This document shows positions 29,001 through 38,303 of a stretch of 50,647 bases of DNA, piece by piece. Made by a program: the position numbers and the translations under genes. The DNA lies in the NCBI GenBank assembly GCA_947476875.1, contig CANJSG010000004.1, positions 1 through 50,647 of the forward strand, written 5' to 3'. Under the pieces are notes generated by a model that ran no database searches, was not told where the DNA came from, and saw only the letters and a program-made list of their open reading frames with translations. Source of the stretch: Verrucomicrobiota bacterium. Its GTDB lineage: Bacteria; Verrucomicrobiota; Verrucomicrobiia; Limisphaerales; CANJSG01. The stretch's first letter is position 1. The number at the start of each line of letters is the position of its first letter.

Positions 29001-29440
29001 CCGGTGGACACAAGCGCGGTGGTCTTGCTGGCCGACTTTTCATCGCGCGGGTCGATGGCGCCGTCGTTCACCCATTGCGTCAGGTCGGCGATGACCGCAT
29101 CGGGCAGGCGCGCCTTGGGCGGCATTTGCAGATCGCGGTTCGCATAGCCGACGGATTCGATGAGCAGGCTTCGGCTGGCGTCGCCCGGAACGAGCGCAGC
29201 CTTCGTATCGCCGCCCCGCAAGACACCCGACTTCGAGTCCAGGCGCAGTCCGCCCTTCAGCTTCTTGCTCTCGGCGCTGTGGCATTCGTAACAGTGCTCG
29301 ACGAGGACCGGCCGGATGCGCTGCTCGAAGAAAGCCAGCTTGGCGTCATCGACGCCGGCCGCCTGGGCCGAAACGCCGACGAGTCCGACCGCAAAGGCGG
29401 ACAGCAATTCGCTCAGGCGTGTTGAAAAGCGCGGTGACAT
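26069..29440 (-). CDS. PSD1/planctomycete cytochrome c protein (DUF1549/DUF1553) with LamG-like insert
   Basis: CYECH and CARCHDHKFDP; YGERWGRWWLDVARYADS; WHHLAMTYDG..LFVDG (LamG); NPLTARVIVNRIW, PSHPELLDWLA. Confidence 0.95.
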   Translation of the reverse strand: MSPRFSTRLSELLSAFAVGLVGVSAQAAGVDDAKLAFFEQRIRPVLVEHCYECHSAESKKLKGGLRLDSKSGVLRGGDTKAALVPGDASRSLLIESVGYANRDLQMPPKARLPDAVIADLTQWVNDGAIDPRDEKSASKTTALVSTGRVHWAFQSIRTAEPPKKSSLFSRRVHPIDSFVVAKLKEKELSPAPIADRRTLIRRAAYDLTGLPPTPEEIAAFLKDPAKDAFERMIDRLLASPRYGERWGRWWLDVARYADSNGQDENKVMANAWRYRDWVIRSFNANQPFAAFITEQLAGDLLPTNGVGEQAVFDRWTATGLLVMGPKMLAEQDKPKLVMDLVDEQIDVVSRAFLGLTVGCARCHDHKFDPISARDYYALAGIFRSTKTMENLAFVSKFNERRITSTSQLAAIAAHDKVFAAKSNEVARAIENADKALRSSWRTNLGTCLASAASSPSTNQSSQPTNLVARLRELMAPDPSTNPVSRTLRGLASDPSTIAGFLANEEKLSDTAKGLRLAPGKVGAAFQGNGRNHLELPHSVALEPKQLTVEAWVRFSPFPKDGDQRRWLVSKGANEWAEGHYALMLDRNRAGAYLNIGGGKENVFAVWNEGKPLKANQWHHLAMTYDGVTLRLFVDGAAAGETEIKRTRVAGTGPLVLGRRADGHVNFKGLLDEVFVHRSALTAAQLKDHFENAGKVDGTEVVARWEFNDLADADRELLAVAETHDALFAPGGVFALPKDPRPSYPEQTRDAIVALEAARDMAKTNSPAPVAFALAVDEDKPVDLPVHIRGSHLNLAKEPVPRGFVQVAYKPGSSPLPVKSSGRLELAQWLTSPENPLTARVIVNRIWQAHFGEGLVRSPDNFGVRGETPSHPELLDWLAREFMRSGWDVKRLHRLILTSATWRQVGNGGHRESASASKKTDETHLTAAAIAKGSTVDPDNRLLWHFPRQRLEAEMIRDALLAVSDRLDATAGGSLVSWKNDEYTPTDTVSASSVRRSVYLPVVRDRVFDVFTIFDFANPSVGTAKRIPTVVSHQALFFLNSPLVKESARAFAKNLGAAAADSSTTRIQLAYERAFGRLPTKTETERAERFIASLPRTEPTKNDEAAWTAWCQMLFAANEFIYRE

Positions 29441-29536
29441 GTCTGGAAGGCTTTGTTGGACGCTGCCCTGCCCGAAGGCATTCGGAAAGTCTGGGCACTG
29501 CGAAATCTGGACTAGGAACGGCCGCTGCCGTCCGCG

Positions 29537-31126
29537 TCACACCCCGAACTTCGCTTCGCCCGGCGCACTGCTGCCAGCGTGTTTGATCCGGCTCTGCGGA
29601 TTGGCGGCCAGATGTTGCAGCGTCTTGAAGATCGTTTCCGTCTCCGCACTGCCGAGCGCGGTGGCGATCTGCGCGGCGGTGAAGCTCAGGCCGGGATGGG
29701 CCTTAAGGTGGGCTTCAACCTTGAGCTTCAGCGCGAGCACGACACCTGCCGCCTTCTTCCCCGCTTCGACGCCGGGCTGGTGGTAGGCATTGATGTTGAC
29801 GAGCGAGGCGTAGAGGCCGACCGCGCGTTCGAACAAGGCGATGAGGGCGCCGACGGTGAAGGCGCTGACCTCCGGCACGGTGATGGTGATGGATTGGCGT
29901 CCGCTTTCGTAGAGCGCCTCGCGGGTGCCGAGGAGGAAGCCATTGAGGAAGTCGCCCGACGTCACTCCGGGTTCGACCTCGATGCTCGCGGCAGCGCGGT
30001 CGCGCAGCACTTCCACGAAGACGACGAAAAAGTTGTTCACGCCGTCGCGCAACTGCTGGACGTAGGCGTGCTGGTCGGTGGAACCCTTGTTGCCATAGAC
30101 GGCGATTCCCTGGTTCACGACCTTGCCGGCGAGGTCGAGTTCCTTGCCGAGGGATTCCATCACGAGCTGCTGGAGATACTTGGCGAAGAGTTCGAGACGG
30201 TCCTTGTAGGGCAGGACGACCATGTCCTTGGACCCTTTTCCGTCACCGATGAAGTGCCAACAGAGCGCAAGCTGCGCGGCCGGGTTCGCCTCGGCGTCGG
30301 CCACACGGGTGACGGCGTCGGTCGCCTTGGCTCCGGCGAGCATGCCCCGGATGTCGAGGCCCTGGAGCGCGGCGGGCAGCAAACCGACGGCGGAGAGTTC
30401 GCTCGTGCGTCCGCCGACCCAGTCCCACATGGGGAAATTCTTCAACCAGTTCCCTGCGGTGGCGGTCTTGTGCAACGCGCTGCCCGTGCCGGTGACGGCG
30501 ACGGCGTGTCTGCCGAAATCGAGGCCGGCCTTGTCGTAGGCGGCCTTGGCTTCGAGCATGCCGTTGCGGGTCTCGGGGGTCCCGCCGGACTTGGAGATGA
30601 CAAGTGCCAAGGTGACGCCGAGCTGGCCGTCGAGGCGGGCGAGCGTCCTGTCGATTCCGTCGGGGTCTGTGTTGTCGAAGAAGTTGACCGCCATCTTGTC
30701 GGTCTTGGGATGGCCGAGGGCGTTGGCCACGAACTGCGGCCCGAGCGCGGATCCACCGATGCCGATGACGAGGACGTTTTTGAAGGGGCCGGCAGCCCCT
30801 TTCACTTGGGCCGAATGCACGGCGGCGGCGAAGGCTTCGATGTTCCTCAGGGTATTCTCGATTTCCGCGGCGATCTCCTTCGTGGGCGCGAGCGCGGCGT
30901 CACGCAGCCAGTAGTGGCCGACCATGCGTTTCTCGTCCGGATTGGCGATCGCGCCCGCTTCCAGCGCGGTCATGGCGGCGAAGGCCCTGTCGATCGCGGG
31001 CTTGGACTTGGCGAAGAAATCCTCGGGGAAGTTGACGCGGCTGATGTCCAGCGACAGGCCGGCGGAGGGGAACTCGCGGTAGAACTTTTGGAAACGGTCC
31101 CAGATCTGTGCCTTTGTCGCCTTCAT
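29537..31126 (-). CDS. pgi: Glucose-6-phosphate isomerase
   Basis: [61 protein letters not shown]. Confidence 0.97.
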   Translation of the reverse strand: MKATKAQIWDRFQKFYREFPSAGLSLDISRVNFPEDFFAKSKPAIDRAFAAMTALEAGAIANPDEKRMVGHYWLRDAALAPTKEIAAEIENTLRNIEAFAAAVHSAQVKGAAGPFKNVLVIGIGGSALGPQFVANALGHPKTDKMAVNFFDNTDPDGIDRTLARLDGQLGVTLALVISKSGGTPETRNGMLEAKAAYDKAGLDFGRHAVAVTGTGSALHKTATAGNWLKNFPMWDWVGGRTSELSAVGLLPAALQGLDIRGMLAGAKATDAVTRVADAEANPAAQLALCWHFIGDGKGSKDMVVLPYKDRLELFAKYLQQLVMESLGKELDLAGKVVNQGIAVYGNKGSTDQHAYVQQLRDGVNNFFVVFVEVLRDRAAASIEVEPGVTSGDFLNGFLLGTREALYESGRQSITITVPEVSAFTVGALIALFERAVGLYASLVNINAYHQPGVEAGKKAAGVVLALKLKVEAHLKAHPGLSFTAAQIATALGSAETETIFKTLQHLAANPQSRIKHAGSSAPGEAKFGV

Positions 31127-31411
31127 GGTGGCGACAGCAGTAAACATCCCGGTCGGCTGGCGAAAGCCGAAACGCTCCCCGGCCTTCAGGCAGCAATCCG
31201 GCTGATGCTCCCGACATGCCCGCTGATAAGTCGATCACTACGCCGGATGCAGTCCTTGGATCGAATTTGCCCGCATTGCCGGTCGGGCTCAGGCGCTTCT
31301 CCGCCAGCGGGAGCCCCGGCGCGTCGGGATCCGCCGTGGCCACGATCATGCAATCAAGCGAGGCTGAATGGGGGTTGCACGGCAAATGGGATTCCATTAG
31401 AAACCCCGGGC

Positions 31412-32149
31412 ATGAAGCTCCTGAAACCCCTGCTCGCTTCCGCTTTGCTGGCATTGCCTGCCGCGCCAATGACTGTTCGGGCCGAAGATTCCGACGCCCA
31501 AAAGCAAGCCATTGAAGTCCTGCGCCGCGTCCAAGATTCCCGCTCCGGCAAGCCCGCCCCCAAAGCCACGGCTGCCCCGTCCAAGGCCGCCGCCGCACCT
31601 GCGAAGCCTGCGCCTATGGTCGCGAAGCCGGCCCCGGCTCCCAAGCCCGTCGAAGTGAAGAAGCCCGCCGCTGTGGCCGTTTCCGCCCCCGTCGCCAACC
31701 CCGCTTACGTCCCGTCCGGCGACAGTCCGGCGCAGAAACAGGCGCTGGAAGCTCTCCGTGCCCAACAGGCCGCCAAGCCAGTCCCCATCGTGGTCAGCGC
31801 CCCCAAACCGATGGCTCAGCCGAAGCCTAAGCCGGCTCCAGCTCCCGCAGCCAAGCCCGTCGAGATGAAGAAGGCCGCCCCCGTGGTCGTCTCCGCCCCG
31901 AAGCCCCCGGCGCCGAAACCTGCCGTGGCAGCTTCGACACCCAAGCCCGCAGCCACGGTCGCGGCTCCGAAGTCCGTCGCCAAGCCCGCCGCTCCGACGC
32001 AGGTCAGCAAAGCGGCTCCCGCTCCCATTCCCGCGATGGCGCCGACCACCAAGGAAGGCAAGCTGGCCGAGTTGACCCGCCGCTACCTCAACGACGAGGT
32101 CACCCCGCGCGAGTATCACACCCAGCGCGCCAAGATCCTCGCTGACTAA
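31412..32149 (+). CDS. Secreted Pro/Ala/Lys-rich protein with C-terminal SHOCT-like helix
   Basis: Signal peptide; duplicated module (DSDAQKQAIEVLR / DSPAQKQALEALR); PAK-rich linkers; KEGKLAELTRRYLNDEVTPREYHTQRAKIL; terminator follows. Confidence 0.8.
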   Translation: MKLLKPLLASALLALPAAPMTVRAEDSDAQKQAIEVLRRVQDSRSGKPAPKATAAPSKAAAAPAKPAPMVAKPAPAPKPVEVKKPAAVAVSAPVANPAYVPSGDSPAQKQALEALRAQQAAKPVPIVVSAPKPMAQPKPKPAPAPAAKPVEMKKAAPVVVSAPKPPAPKPAVAASTPKPAATVAAPKSVAKPAAPTQVSKAAPAPIPAMAPTTKEGKLAELTRRYLNDEVTPREYHTQRAKILAD

Positions 32150-32167
32150 GCCGGTTCCGATTTCACC

Positions 32168-32203
32168 AACCCGCCGGAGCAACTCCGGCGGGTTTTTTGT
32201 TTC
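32168..32203 (+). terminator. Rho-independent terminator
   Basis: aacccgccggag-caa-ctccggcgggtt followed by ttttgttt. Confidence 0.92.
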
Positions 32204-32267
32204 CCGCGATCGGGGCCCTGAACTTGAAACTTGGAAGTCGCTTCCGCGCCCCCTTTACTCCCCGGCC

Positions 32268-33575
32268 ATGCACAGCTTCCGTTATGTCGGTGACAAACTG
32301 TTCTGCGAAGGCGCGTCGATCGAAGCGCTCGTGAAAGAGCACGGCTCGCCGCTCTACGTCTATTCGGCGGCCACGCTGACGGACCATTTCTCCAAGCTTG
32401 ATTCCGCCCTCGCGCCACTCGACCACCTCGTGTGCTACGCGATGAAGGCCAACTCGAACGCGGCCGTCATCCGCCTTTTCGCCAATCTCGGCGGCGGCTT
32501 CGACACCGTCAGCGCGGGCGAACTCCAGCGCGTCATCGCCGCGGGCGGCGATGCGAAGAAGTGCGTTTTCGCAGGTGTCGGCAAGACCGAGGAGGAGATC
32601 ACCTTCGCCCTCAAGAAAGGCATCTACAGCTTCAACGTCGAATCCGAGCCCGAGCTCCAGCGCATCAACCGCGTCGCGGCCAAGCTCAAGAAGGTCGCGC
32701 CCATCGCCGTGCGCGTTAACCCGAACATCGACGCCGGCACCCACGCCAAGATCACGACCGGCACCTACGAGAACAAGTTCGGCATCGCCTTCGAGGAGAT
32801 CGAGGGCGTCTATGCCCGCGCCTCTAAGCTGAAGAACATCAAGCTGCGCGGCCTCCAGATGCACATCGGGTCGCAGCTCACATCCGTGAAGCCCTTCGAG
32901 GCGGCGGTGAAGAAGGTCGTCCCGCTCGTCCAGAAACTTTCTGCCCGTTACGGCTTCGAGTTCTTCAGCATCGGCGGCGGCATTGGCATCGTCTACAACC
33001 CCGCGTTGGCCAGCGCTGATCCCGCGTGGTGGAACACTCCGGAAGGAAAGAAGATCCTCACCCCTGCGACCTACGCCGCCACGCTCGTGCCGCTGCTCCA
33101 GCCGCTCGGCCTGAAGATCCTGCTGGAACCCGGCCGCTTCCTCGTCGGCAACGCCGGTGCGCTTGTCACCCGCGTCGAATACGTCAAGAAGACGGGCAAG
33201 AAGAACTTCGTCATCGTGGACGCCGCGATGAACGACCTCATCCGCCCGGCGTTCTACGACAGCTACCACGAGATCGTTCCGCTCAAGCGCAACGCCAAGG
33301 CGCCCACGATCTCCTCCGATGTCGTCGGCCCCATCTGCGAATCCGGCGACTACTTCTGCAAGGACCGCCCGCTCCAAAAGGTCGGCGAAGGCGACACCCT
33401 CGCGCTGCTCAGCGCCGGCGCCTACGGCTCCGTCATGGGCTCGAACTACAACACCCGCGGGCTGGCCACCGAGGTGCTCGTCCATGGCAAGAAGGCCGAC
33501 GTGGTCCGCAAGCGCCAGAAGATCGCCGACATCTGGGAGAACGAAGTCGTGCCCGGTTGGCTGAAGAAGGGCTGA
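32268..33575 (+). CDS. lysA: Diaminopimelate decarboxylase
   Basis: CYAMKAN (PLP Lys), FNVES, NKFGI, HIGSQ, IGGGIG, EPGRF, VVGPICESGD, AGAYG..MGSNYN. Confidence 0.97.
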   Translation: MHSFRYVGDKLFCEGASIEALVKEHGSPLYVYSAATLTDHFSKLDSALAPLDHLVCYAMKANSNAAVIRLFANLGGGFDTVSAGELQRVIAAGGDAKKCVFAGVGKTEEEITFALKKGIYSFNVESEPELQRINRVAAKLKKVAPIAVRVNPNIDAGTHAKITTGTYENKFGIAFEEIEGVYARASKLKNIKLRGLQMHIGSQLTSVKPFEAAVKKVVPLVQKLSARYGFEFFSIGGGIGIVYNPALASADPAWWNTPEGKKILTPATYAATLVPLLQPLGLKILLEPGRFLVGNAGALVTRVEYVKKTGKKNFVIVDAAMNDLIRPAFYDSYHEIVPLKRNAKAPTISSDVVGPICESGDYFCKDRPLQKVGEGDTLALLSAGAYGSVMGSNYNTRGLATEVLVHGKKADVVRKRQKIADIWENEVVPGWLKKG

Positions 33576-33596
33576 GCCATTCGGTTGTAAACAGGA

Positions 33597-33622
33597 AAGG
33601 CCGGGCATCGCTGCCCGGCCTT
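33597..33622. terminator. Hairpin between convergent lysA and methyltransferase genes
   Basis: aaggccgggca-tcgc-tgcccggcctt, a perfect 11-bp stem; T-rich tail on the minus strand. Confidence 0.65.
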
Positions 33623-33644
33623 CGCAATTGGAGTTTTACCTCGC

Positions 33645-34847
33645 TCAGCGGACCAGCTCGAAGGCGAAGCCCTTGAGGTATTCCGTCTCGGGCATCGACG
33701 GGAGGACCGGGTGGTCCGGGCTCTGGGCGTAGATGTCGACGCGGCGGAGCAGTTTCCTCTGGTCGAACGCGGCCGAGAGGATGCAGTCGAGGAACATCTG
33801 TGTGCCCACATGGTGCGAGCAGCAGAACGTCGCGAGCACGCCGCCCGGCTTGAGCAGCTTGAGCCCGCGCACGTGGATTTCCTTGTAGCCGCGCATCGCG
33901 CCTTCGACGGCCGCGCGTGTCCGCGTGAACGACGGCGGATCGAGCACGACGACGTCGAACTGGGGAATCAGCTTCTCGTGCGGGCCGGTGTGCGTGCGGG
34001 CCTTCAGCCAATCGAAGGCGTTGGCCGTCTCGAAGGTGCACTGTGCGTCGAGCTTGTTGGCCTTCGCGTTGGCCCCGGCGAATCCCGTGGCTTCCGCGCT
34101 CTGGTCCACGCCCACGACGGTCTTGGCTCCGGCCCGGGCGGCATGGAGGGAGAAACCACCGAGGAACGAGAAGCAGTCGAGCACCGTGTCGCCCTTGCGG
34201 ACGAGGTTGGCGACCTTCTGGTAGTTCACCTGCTGGTCGAGGTAGAGGCCGGTCTTGTGGCCGCCGGCGATGTCGACGTCGAACTTCAGGCCGTTGAGCT
34301 TGATGCTCACGGGCCCTTCGATCGTGCCGTGGATGACGCCGTTGGATTCTTCCATGCCCTCGAACTTGCGGAACGAGCTTTCGCTGCGTTCGACGATGGC
34401 ACGGGGCGAGAAGACCCGTTTGATGGCCTCGACGATGTGGTGCTTCCGCTTCTCCATGCCGAGGGACGAGATCTGCATGACGAAGACATCCTCATACTTG
34501 TCGAGGATCAGGCCGGTGAGCAGGTCGGACTCGGCGTTGACCACGCGGAACGACGTCGCCGTGGGCATGTGCCGCTGGCGGACGGCGAGGGCGGAGCGGA
34601 GTCGTTCCTCGAAGAAATGGACGTCGATGTCGGTGCGTTCGGAGTCGATGACGCGCACCCGGATCTTCGAGCGGGAATTGTAGAAGCCGACGCCGAGAAG
34701 GCGCTGGCGGTGGTCCTTGATCTGGACGAGGTCGCCGTCGTTGGCGGGACCGGTGAGGCGCAGGATGGCGCCTTCATAGATCCAGAGGTGGCCGGCGACG
34801 ATCCGGTCGGCTTCGCCGGGTCGGAGGAGAACAGTTGTGAGGCTCAT
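33645..34847 (-). CDS. rlmI: RlmI/RlmK-family SAM-dependent 23S rRNA methyltransferase
   Basis: PUA-like start GHLWIY; AESDLLTGLILD, GHKTGLYLDQ, LDCFSFLGGF, VVLDPPSF, DHP..PETEYLK. Confidence 0.88.
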   Translation of the reverse strand: MSLTTVLLRPGEADRIVAGHLWIYEGAILRLTGPANDGDLVQIKDHRQRLLGVGFYNSRSKIRVRVIDSERTDIDVHFFEERLRSALAVRQRHMPTATSFRVVNAESDLLTGLILDKYEDVFVMQISSLGMEKRKHHIVEAIKRVFSPRAIVERSESSFRKFEGMEESNGVIHGTIEGPVSIKLNGLKFDVDIAGGHKTGLYLDQQVNYQKVANLVRKGDTVLDCFSFLGGFSLHAARAGAKTVVGVDQSAEATGFAGANAKANKLDAQCTFETANAFDWLKARTHTGPHEKLIPQFDVVVLDPPSFTRTRAAVEGAMRGYKEIHVRGLKLLKPGGVLATFCCSHHVGTQMFLDCILSAAFDQRKLLRRVDIYAQSPDHPVLPSMPETEYLKGFAFELVR

Positions 34848-34924
34848 GGTTTGTAGACAAGCGGCCGGTTCGGCCGCAAAGATCGAGATTGATACAGAAC
34901 CCGGAGGGGGAAGGAAGCACGAAA

Positions 34925-35146
34925 CCCAAAGGCCAAAGGCCGAACTCGGATTCCAGATAGCAGACTCCAGATGCCGGATGTTCTGTCGCGAAGTGACTCA
35001 GGAGGGTAGCCAGCCACAAGGTGGCTGGTTCTGGTCCCGATGAATCCTCCAAGTCCTGGAGGGACGGCGGGCTCTTCTTGGGCTCCCTGCCCGTCGTCCT
35101 GCTTGCTTCGTCACCTTGGTTTTCATTTGGCCTTTGGCCTTTGCTC
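34925..35146. repeat. Intergenic heptamer-period inverted element
   Basis: ccaaagg-ccaaagg-cc on the left and ggccttt-ggccttt-g on the right (inverted); further 7-nt-period tracts ccagata-gcagact-ccagatg-ccggatg. Confidence 0.6.
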
Positions 35147-35173
35147 GTCGTCATTTTCTCCCGCAATCGGCCC

Positions 35174-35201
35174 TTGCCCCGACGGTTCGCGCGACTAGCT
35201 T
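35174..35201 (+). promoter_or_regulatory. Sigma70-like promoter giving a leaderless transcript of the DUF58 operon
   Basis: ttgccc-16 nt-tagctt ends 6 nt before ATG 35208; no SD. Confidence 0.55.
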
Positions 35202-35207
35202 CAGCCC

Positions 35208-36155
35208 ATGTCCCCCAGCCTCCAAGATGCGCGTCCCGCAGTCAGCGGGGGCTCGTTCCTTGATCCGGCGGCCTTGATGCGCATCCGCAACCTGGAACTG
35301 CGCGCGCAGGTCGTGGTGGAGGGATTCTGGTCGGGCATGCACCGCTCGCCCTTCCACGGCTTTTCCGTCGAGTTCACCGAATACCGGCCCTACGTCGTGG
35401 GCGACGACCTGCGTTACCTCGACTGGCGGCTCGTGGCCCGGAGCGACCGCTACTACATCAAGAAATTCGAGGACGAGACGAACCTCCCGTCGCACTTGCT
35501 GCTGGATCTCAGCCCGTCGATGAACTTCAAGTCGCTCGGCTGGTCCAAGCGCGACTACGCGGCGACGTTGGCCGCGACGTTCAGCCAGTTCCTCCACGAC
35601 CAGGGCGATGCGGTGGGGTTGCTGACGTTCGATGATCGGGTGCGGGACTATCTGCCTTCGAAACATCGGAAGGGTCATCTGCGGCAGATCATGCTGGCGT
35701 TGGAAAAGCAGTCTTCGGCCCGGACCACCAGTCTCGCGGAACCGCTGAAGCGCATCGTCGAAATCGTCCGTCGCCGCGGGATGATGCTGTTGATCTCCGA
35801 CCTTCTCGCGCCGCTGGAAGACCTGGAGAAGAACCTCGGCCATCTCGCCGCGTGCGGTCATGACGTCGTCGTTTTCCAGGTGCTCGATCCGGCCGAGACG
35901 ACGTTCCAGTTCCAGAAGGCGACGCGGTTCGAGGACATGGAATCCGGTCGTGATCTCTACCTGAACCCCGCCGCTGCGCGGGAGCGCTACCTCGAGGCTT
36001 TCGGCAAACACCAGTCCGCCGCGAAGTCCCTGTGTGAACGGCTCGGCATCGCCTTCCACGTGCTGACAACGGATGTGCCGTTGGACATTGCCTTGTTTGA
36101 ATTCCTCCGCGACCGCCTCGCCCGCGGCCGCAAGCCGGTGAAGACCCGCCGCTGA
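35208..36155 (+). CDS. DUF58 domain protein (vWA-like, MoxR-associated family)
   Basis: SGMHRSP..GFSVEFTEYRPY..GDDLRYLDW; DLSPSM; LISD; DPAE. Confidence 0.95.
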   Translation: MSPSLQDARPAVSGGSFLDPAALMRIRNLELRAQVVVEGFWSGMHRSPFHGFSVEFTEYRPYVVGDDLRYLDWRLVARSDRYYIKKFEDETNLPSHLLLDLSPSMNFKSLGWSKRDYAATLAATFSQFLHDQGDAVGLLTFDDRVRDYLPSKHRKGHLRQIMLALEKQSSARTTSLAEPLKRIVEIVRRRGMMLLISDLLAPLEDLEKNLGHLAACGHDVVVFQVLDPAETTFQFQKATRFEDMESGRDLYLNPAAARERYLEAFGKHQSAAKSLCERLGIAFHVLTTDVPLDIALFEFLRDRLARGRKPVKTRR

Positions 36156-38239
36156 TGAACTTCCTCGCCCCACTCTTTCTCGCCGGAGCCGCCGCGGTCG
36201 CGTTGCCGATCCTGCTGCATCTGATCCGGCGGACAGAACGGGAGAAGACGCCGTTCAGCTCGTTGATGTTCCTCCAGCCCACGCCGCCGCAGATGACCAA
36301 GCGCAGCCGGCTGGAGAATCTTTTTCTCCTTCTCCTGCGTTGCCTCGTGTTGGCGCTGGTCGCGTTCGCTTTCTCACGGCCCTATCTCCAGCAGGCCATC
36401 GCGCCGCCGGTCCAGAAGACCGAACGCATCCGCACCGTGGTGCTGGTCGATACGAGCGCGAGCCTCAGGCGCGATGATCTCTGGGCCCAGGCGAAGCAGC
36501 GGGCCGCGTCGGTGCTCCGCGCCGCGGGCGCGGCGGACGAAGTCGCGCTGGTCGTCTTCGACCGGCAGCCGCGCGTGCTCATCGACTTCACCCGCTGGAC
36601 CGGATCCGCGTCGACCGAGCGGGCCAACCTGGCGGTGAACCTGATCGAATCGGAAAGCCCCTCGTGGCTCCCGACCCATCTCGGCTCCGCGATGATGCGC
36701 GGGGTGGAATTGCTCGAGGAAAAAGCCGACGCCCAGCTCCGCAAGCGGCTCGTGGTCATCAGCGATTTCCAGGAAGGCGCGAAGCTCGACGGCCTGCAGG
36801 GCTACGAATGGCCGAAGGGAGTCGAAGTCCGGCTGGAACAGATCAACCCCCGCACTCCGGGCAACGCCGCGCTCCAACTCGGGGCGGAACTCGCCTCCGG
36901 CTCCGGCACGACCGACGGCAGCATCAAGGTCCGCGTCAATAATTCCACCGATGCCAAGCGCGACCAGTTCCGCATCCAGCGGAGCGACGCGGGTCCGGGT
37001 GCGGAAGCCTACGTGCCGGCCGGGCAAAGCCGTGTCATTACGCTCGCTGCCGGAACCAATTCACTCACGGCGACGAATGGCTTGAAGCTTTCGTTGGCCG
37101 GAGACGACCAGGCTTTCGACGACTCGCTTTTCATCCAGACGCGGCGTCAGGAAACGGTCCGTGTGCTGTTCCTTGGCAACGATGATCCCAAGGATTCGGC
37201 CGGTCTCGCCTACTACTTGGGCCGCGCGTTTCCCGAAACCCGGATGCGCAAGGTCGAGCTGCTGCTGCGGCCGGCTTCGGCGCCGCTTACGGCGGCCGAT
37301 CTCAAGGACGCCGCCTTGGTCATCGGCAGCACAAAGCTCACCGCGCCTCAGGCGGCATGGGCGAAGCAGGCGTTGGCGGCCGGGGTCACCGTGCTGTTGG
37401 CTTTGCCGGATTCCACGTCGACCGAAGCGATCGGAACTCTGCTGGGCCGGACCGCGCCGACTGCGGCCGATCTGACGAGCAACTACAGCCTGTTTGGACG
37501 GATTGATTTCCAGCATCCGCTGTTCGCTCCGTTTGCCGATCCACGCTTCAGCGACTTCACCCGGATCCACTTCTGGAAAGCGCGGCAGTTGTCGACCAAC
37601 GGTATTCCCGGTGCCCGTGTCGTCGCGGCCTACGACTCCGGCGATGCGGCGTTGATGGAGATTCCGGCGGGCCGCGCGTCGTTGTTCGTGCTGACGTCCA
37701 CCTGGATGCCGGCCGACAGCCAGTTGGCTTTGTCGTCGAAGTTCGTTCCGCTGTTGTCCGGCCTGCTTGATTACGGACGCGCGCGGCAGTCATTCGCCCG
37801 CCAGTTCTTCGTCGGGGATACGGTCCCGCTGCCGACCAATGGTGTGGCCGGCGCGTTGGTCGTGGTGCGGCCTGATGGCAAACGCGAGACCTTGGCGGCG
37901 GGTGCGCCGCTGTTTGTTGGCACGACGGAACCGGGCTTCTATCGTGTCGAAGGGTTGTCCGAGCCGCTGTCCTTCGCCGTGAACCTTTCACCCGACGAAT
38001 CGCGGACGGCCCCGATGGCGGCGGATGCGCTCTCGAACCTCGGTGTGCCGGTCAAACTGGCTCCCACAACTCTCGCGGCTGCTCCGAAAGTGGATCCGGC
38101 CGCGACCCTGATGACGGCGGCCAACGAGCTGGAAGGCCGTCAGAAACTCTGGCGCTGGGTGCTCCTGGCGGCGCTGGCCATCGTCCTCATCGAAACCTGG
38201 CTCGCCGGCCGGTTGAGCTTCGGAGCCAAGACTGCCTGA
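36155..38239 (+). CDS. BatA N-terminal / vWA domain membrane protein
   Basis: MNFLAP..ALPILLHLI..FSSLMFL..AFSRP (BatA); DTSAS MIDAS and ISD; C-terminal TM LWRWVLLAAL..E. Confidence 0.92.
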   Translation: MNFLAPLFLAGAAAVALPILLHLIRRTEREKTPFSSLMFLQPTPPQMTKRSRLENLFLLLLRCLVLALVAFAFSRPYLQQAIAPPVQKTERIRTVVLVDTSASLRRDDLWAQAKQRAASVLRAAGAADEVALVVFDRQPRVLIDFTRWTGSASTERANLAVNLIESESPSWLPTHLGSAMMRGVELLEEKADAQLRKRLVVISDFQEGAKLDGLQGYEWPKGVEVRLEQINPRTPGNAALQLGAELASGSGTTDGSIKVRVNNSTDAKRDQFRIQRSDAGPGAEAYVPAGQSRVITLAAGTNSLTATNGLKLSLAGDDQAFDDSLFIQTRRQETVRVLFLGNDDPKDSAGLAYYLGRAFPETRMRKVELLLRPASAPLTAADLKDAALVIGSTKLTAPQAAWAKQALAAGVTVLLALPDSTSTEAIGTLLGRTAPTAADLTSNYSLFGRIDFQHPLFAPFADPRFSDFTRIHFWKARQLSTNGIPGARVVAAYDSGDAALMEIPAGRASLFVLTSTWMPADSQLALSSKFVPLLSGLLDYGRARQSFARQFFVGDTVPLPTNGVAGALVVVRPDGKRETLAAGAPLFVGTTEPGFYRVEGLSEPLSFAVNLSPDESRTAPMAADALSNLGVPVKLAPTTLAAAPKVDPAATLMTAANELEGRQKLWRWVLLAALAIVLIETWLAGRLSFGAKTA

Positions 38240-38303
38240 CAGCCATGAGCACCTGCTGGAAACCAACCCCCGTCGCCCGGCGTCATCCTTGGAGGCCTTT
38301 GTC

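Noticed and set aside
29579-31411. 856-aa ORF appearing to fuse a long N-terminus to the PAK-rich protein
   Set aside because: The N-terminal part is antisense to pgi; the real gene starts at 31412 with a signal peptide.
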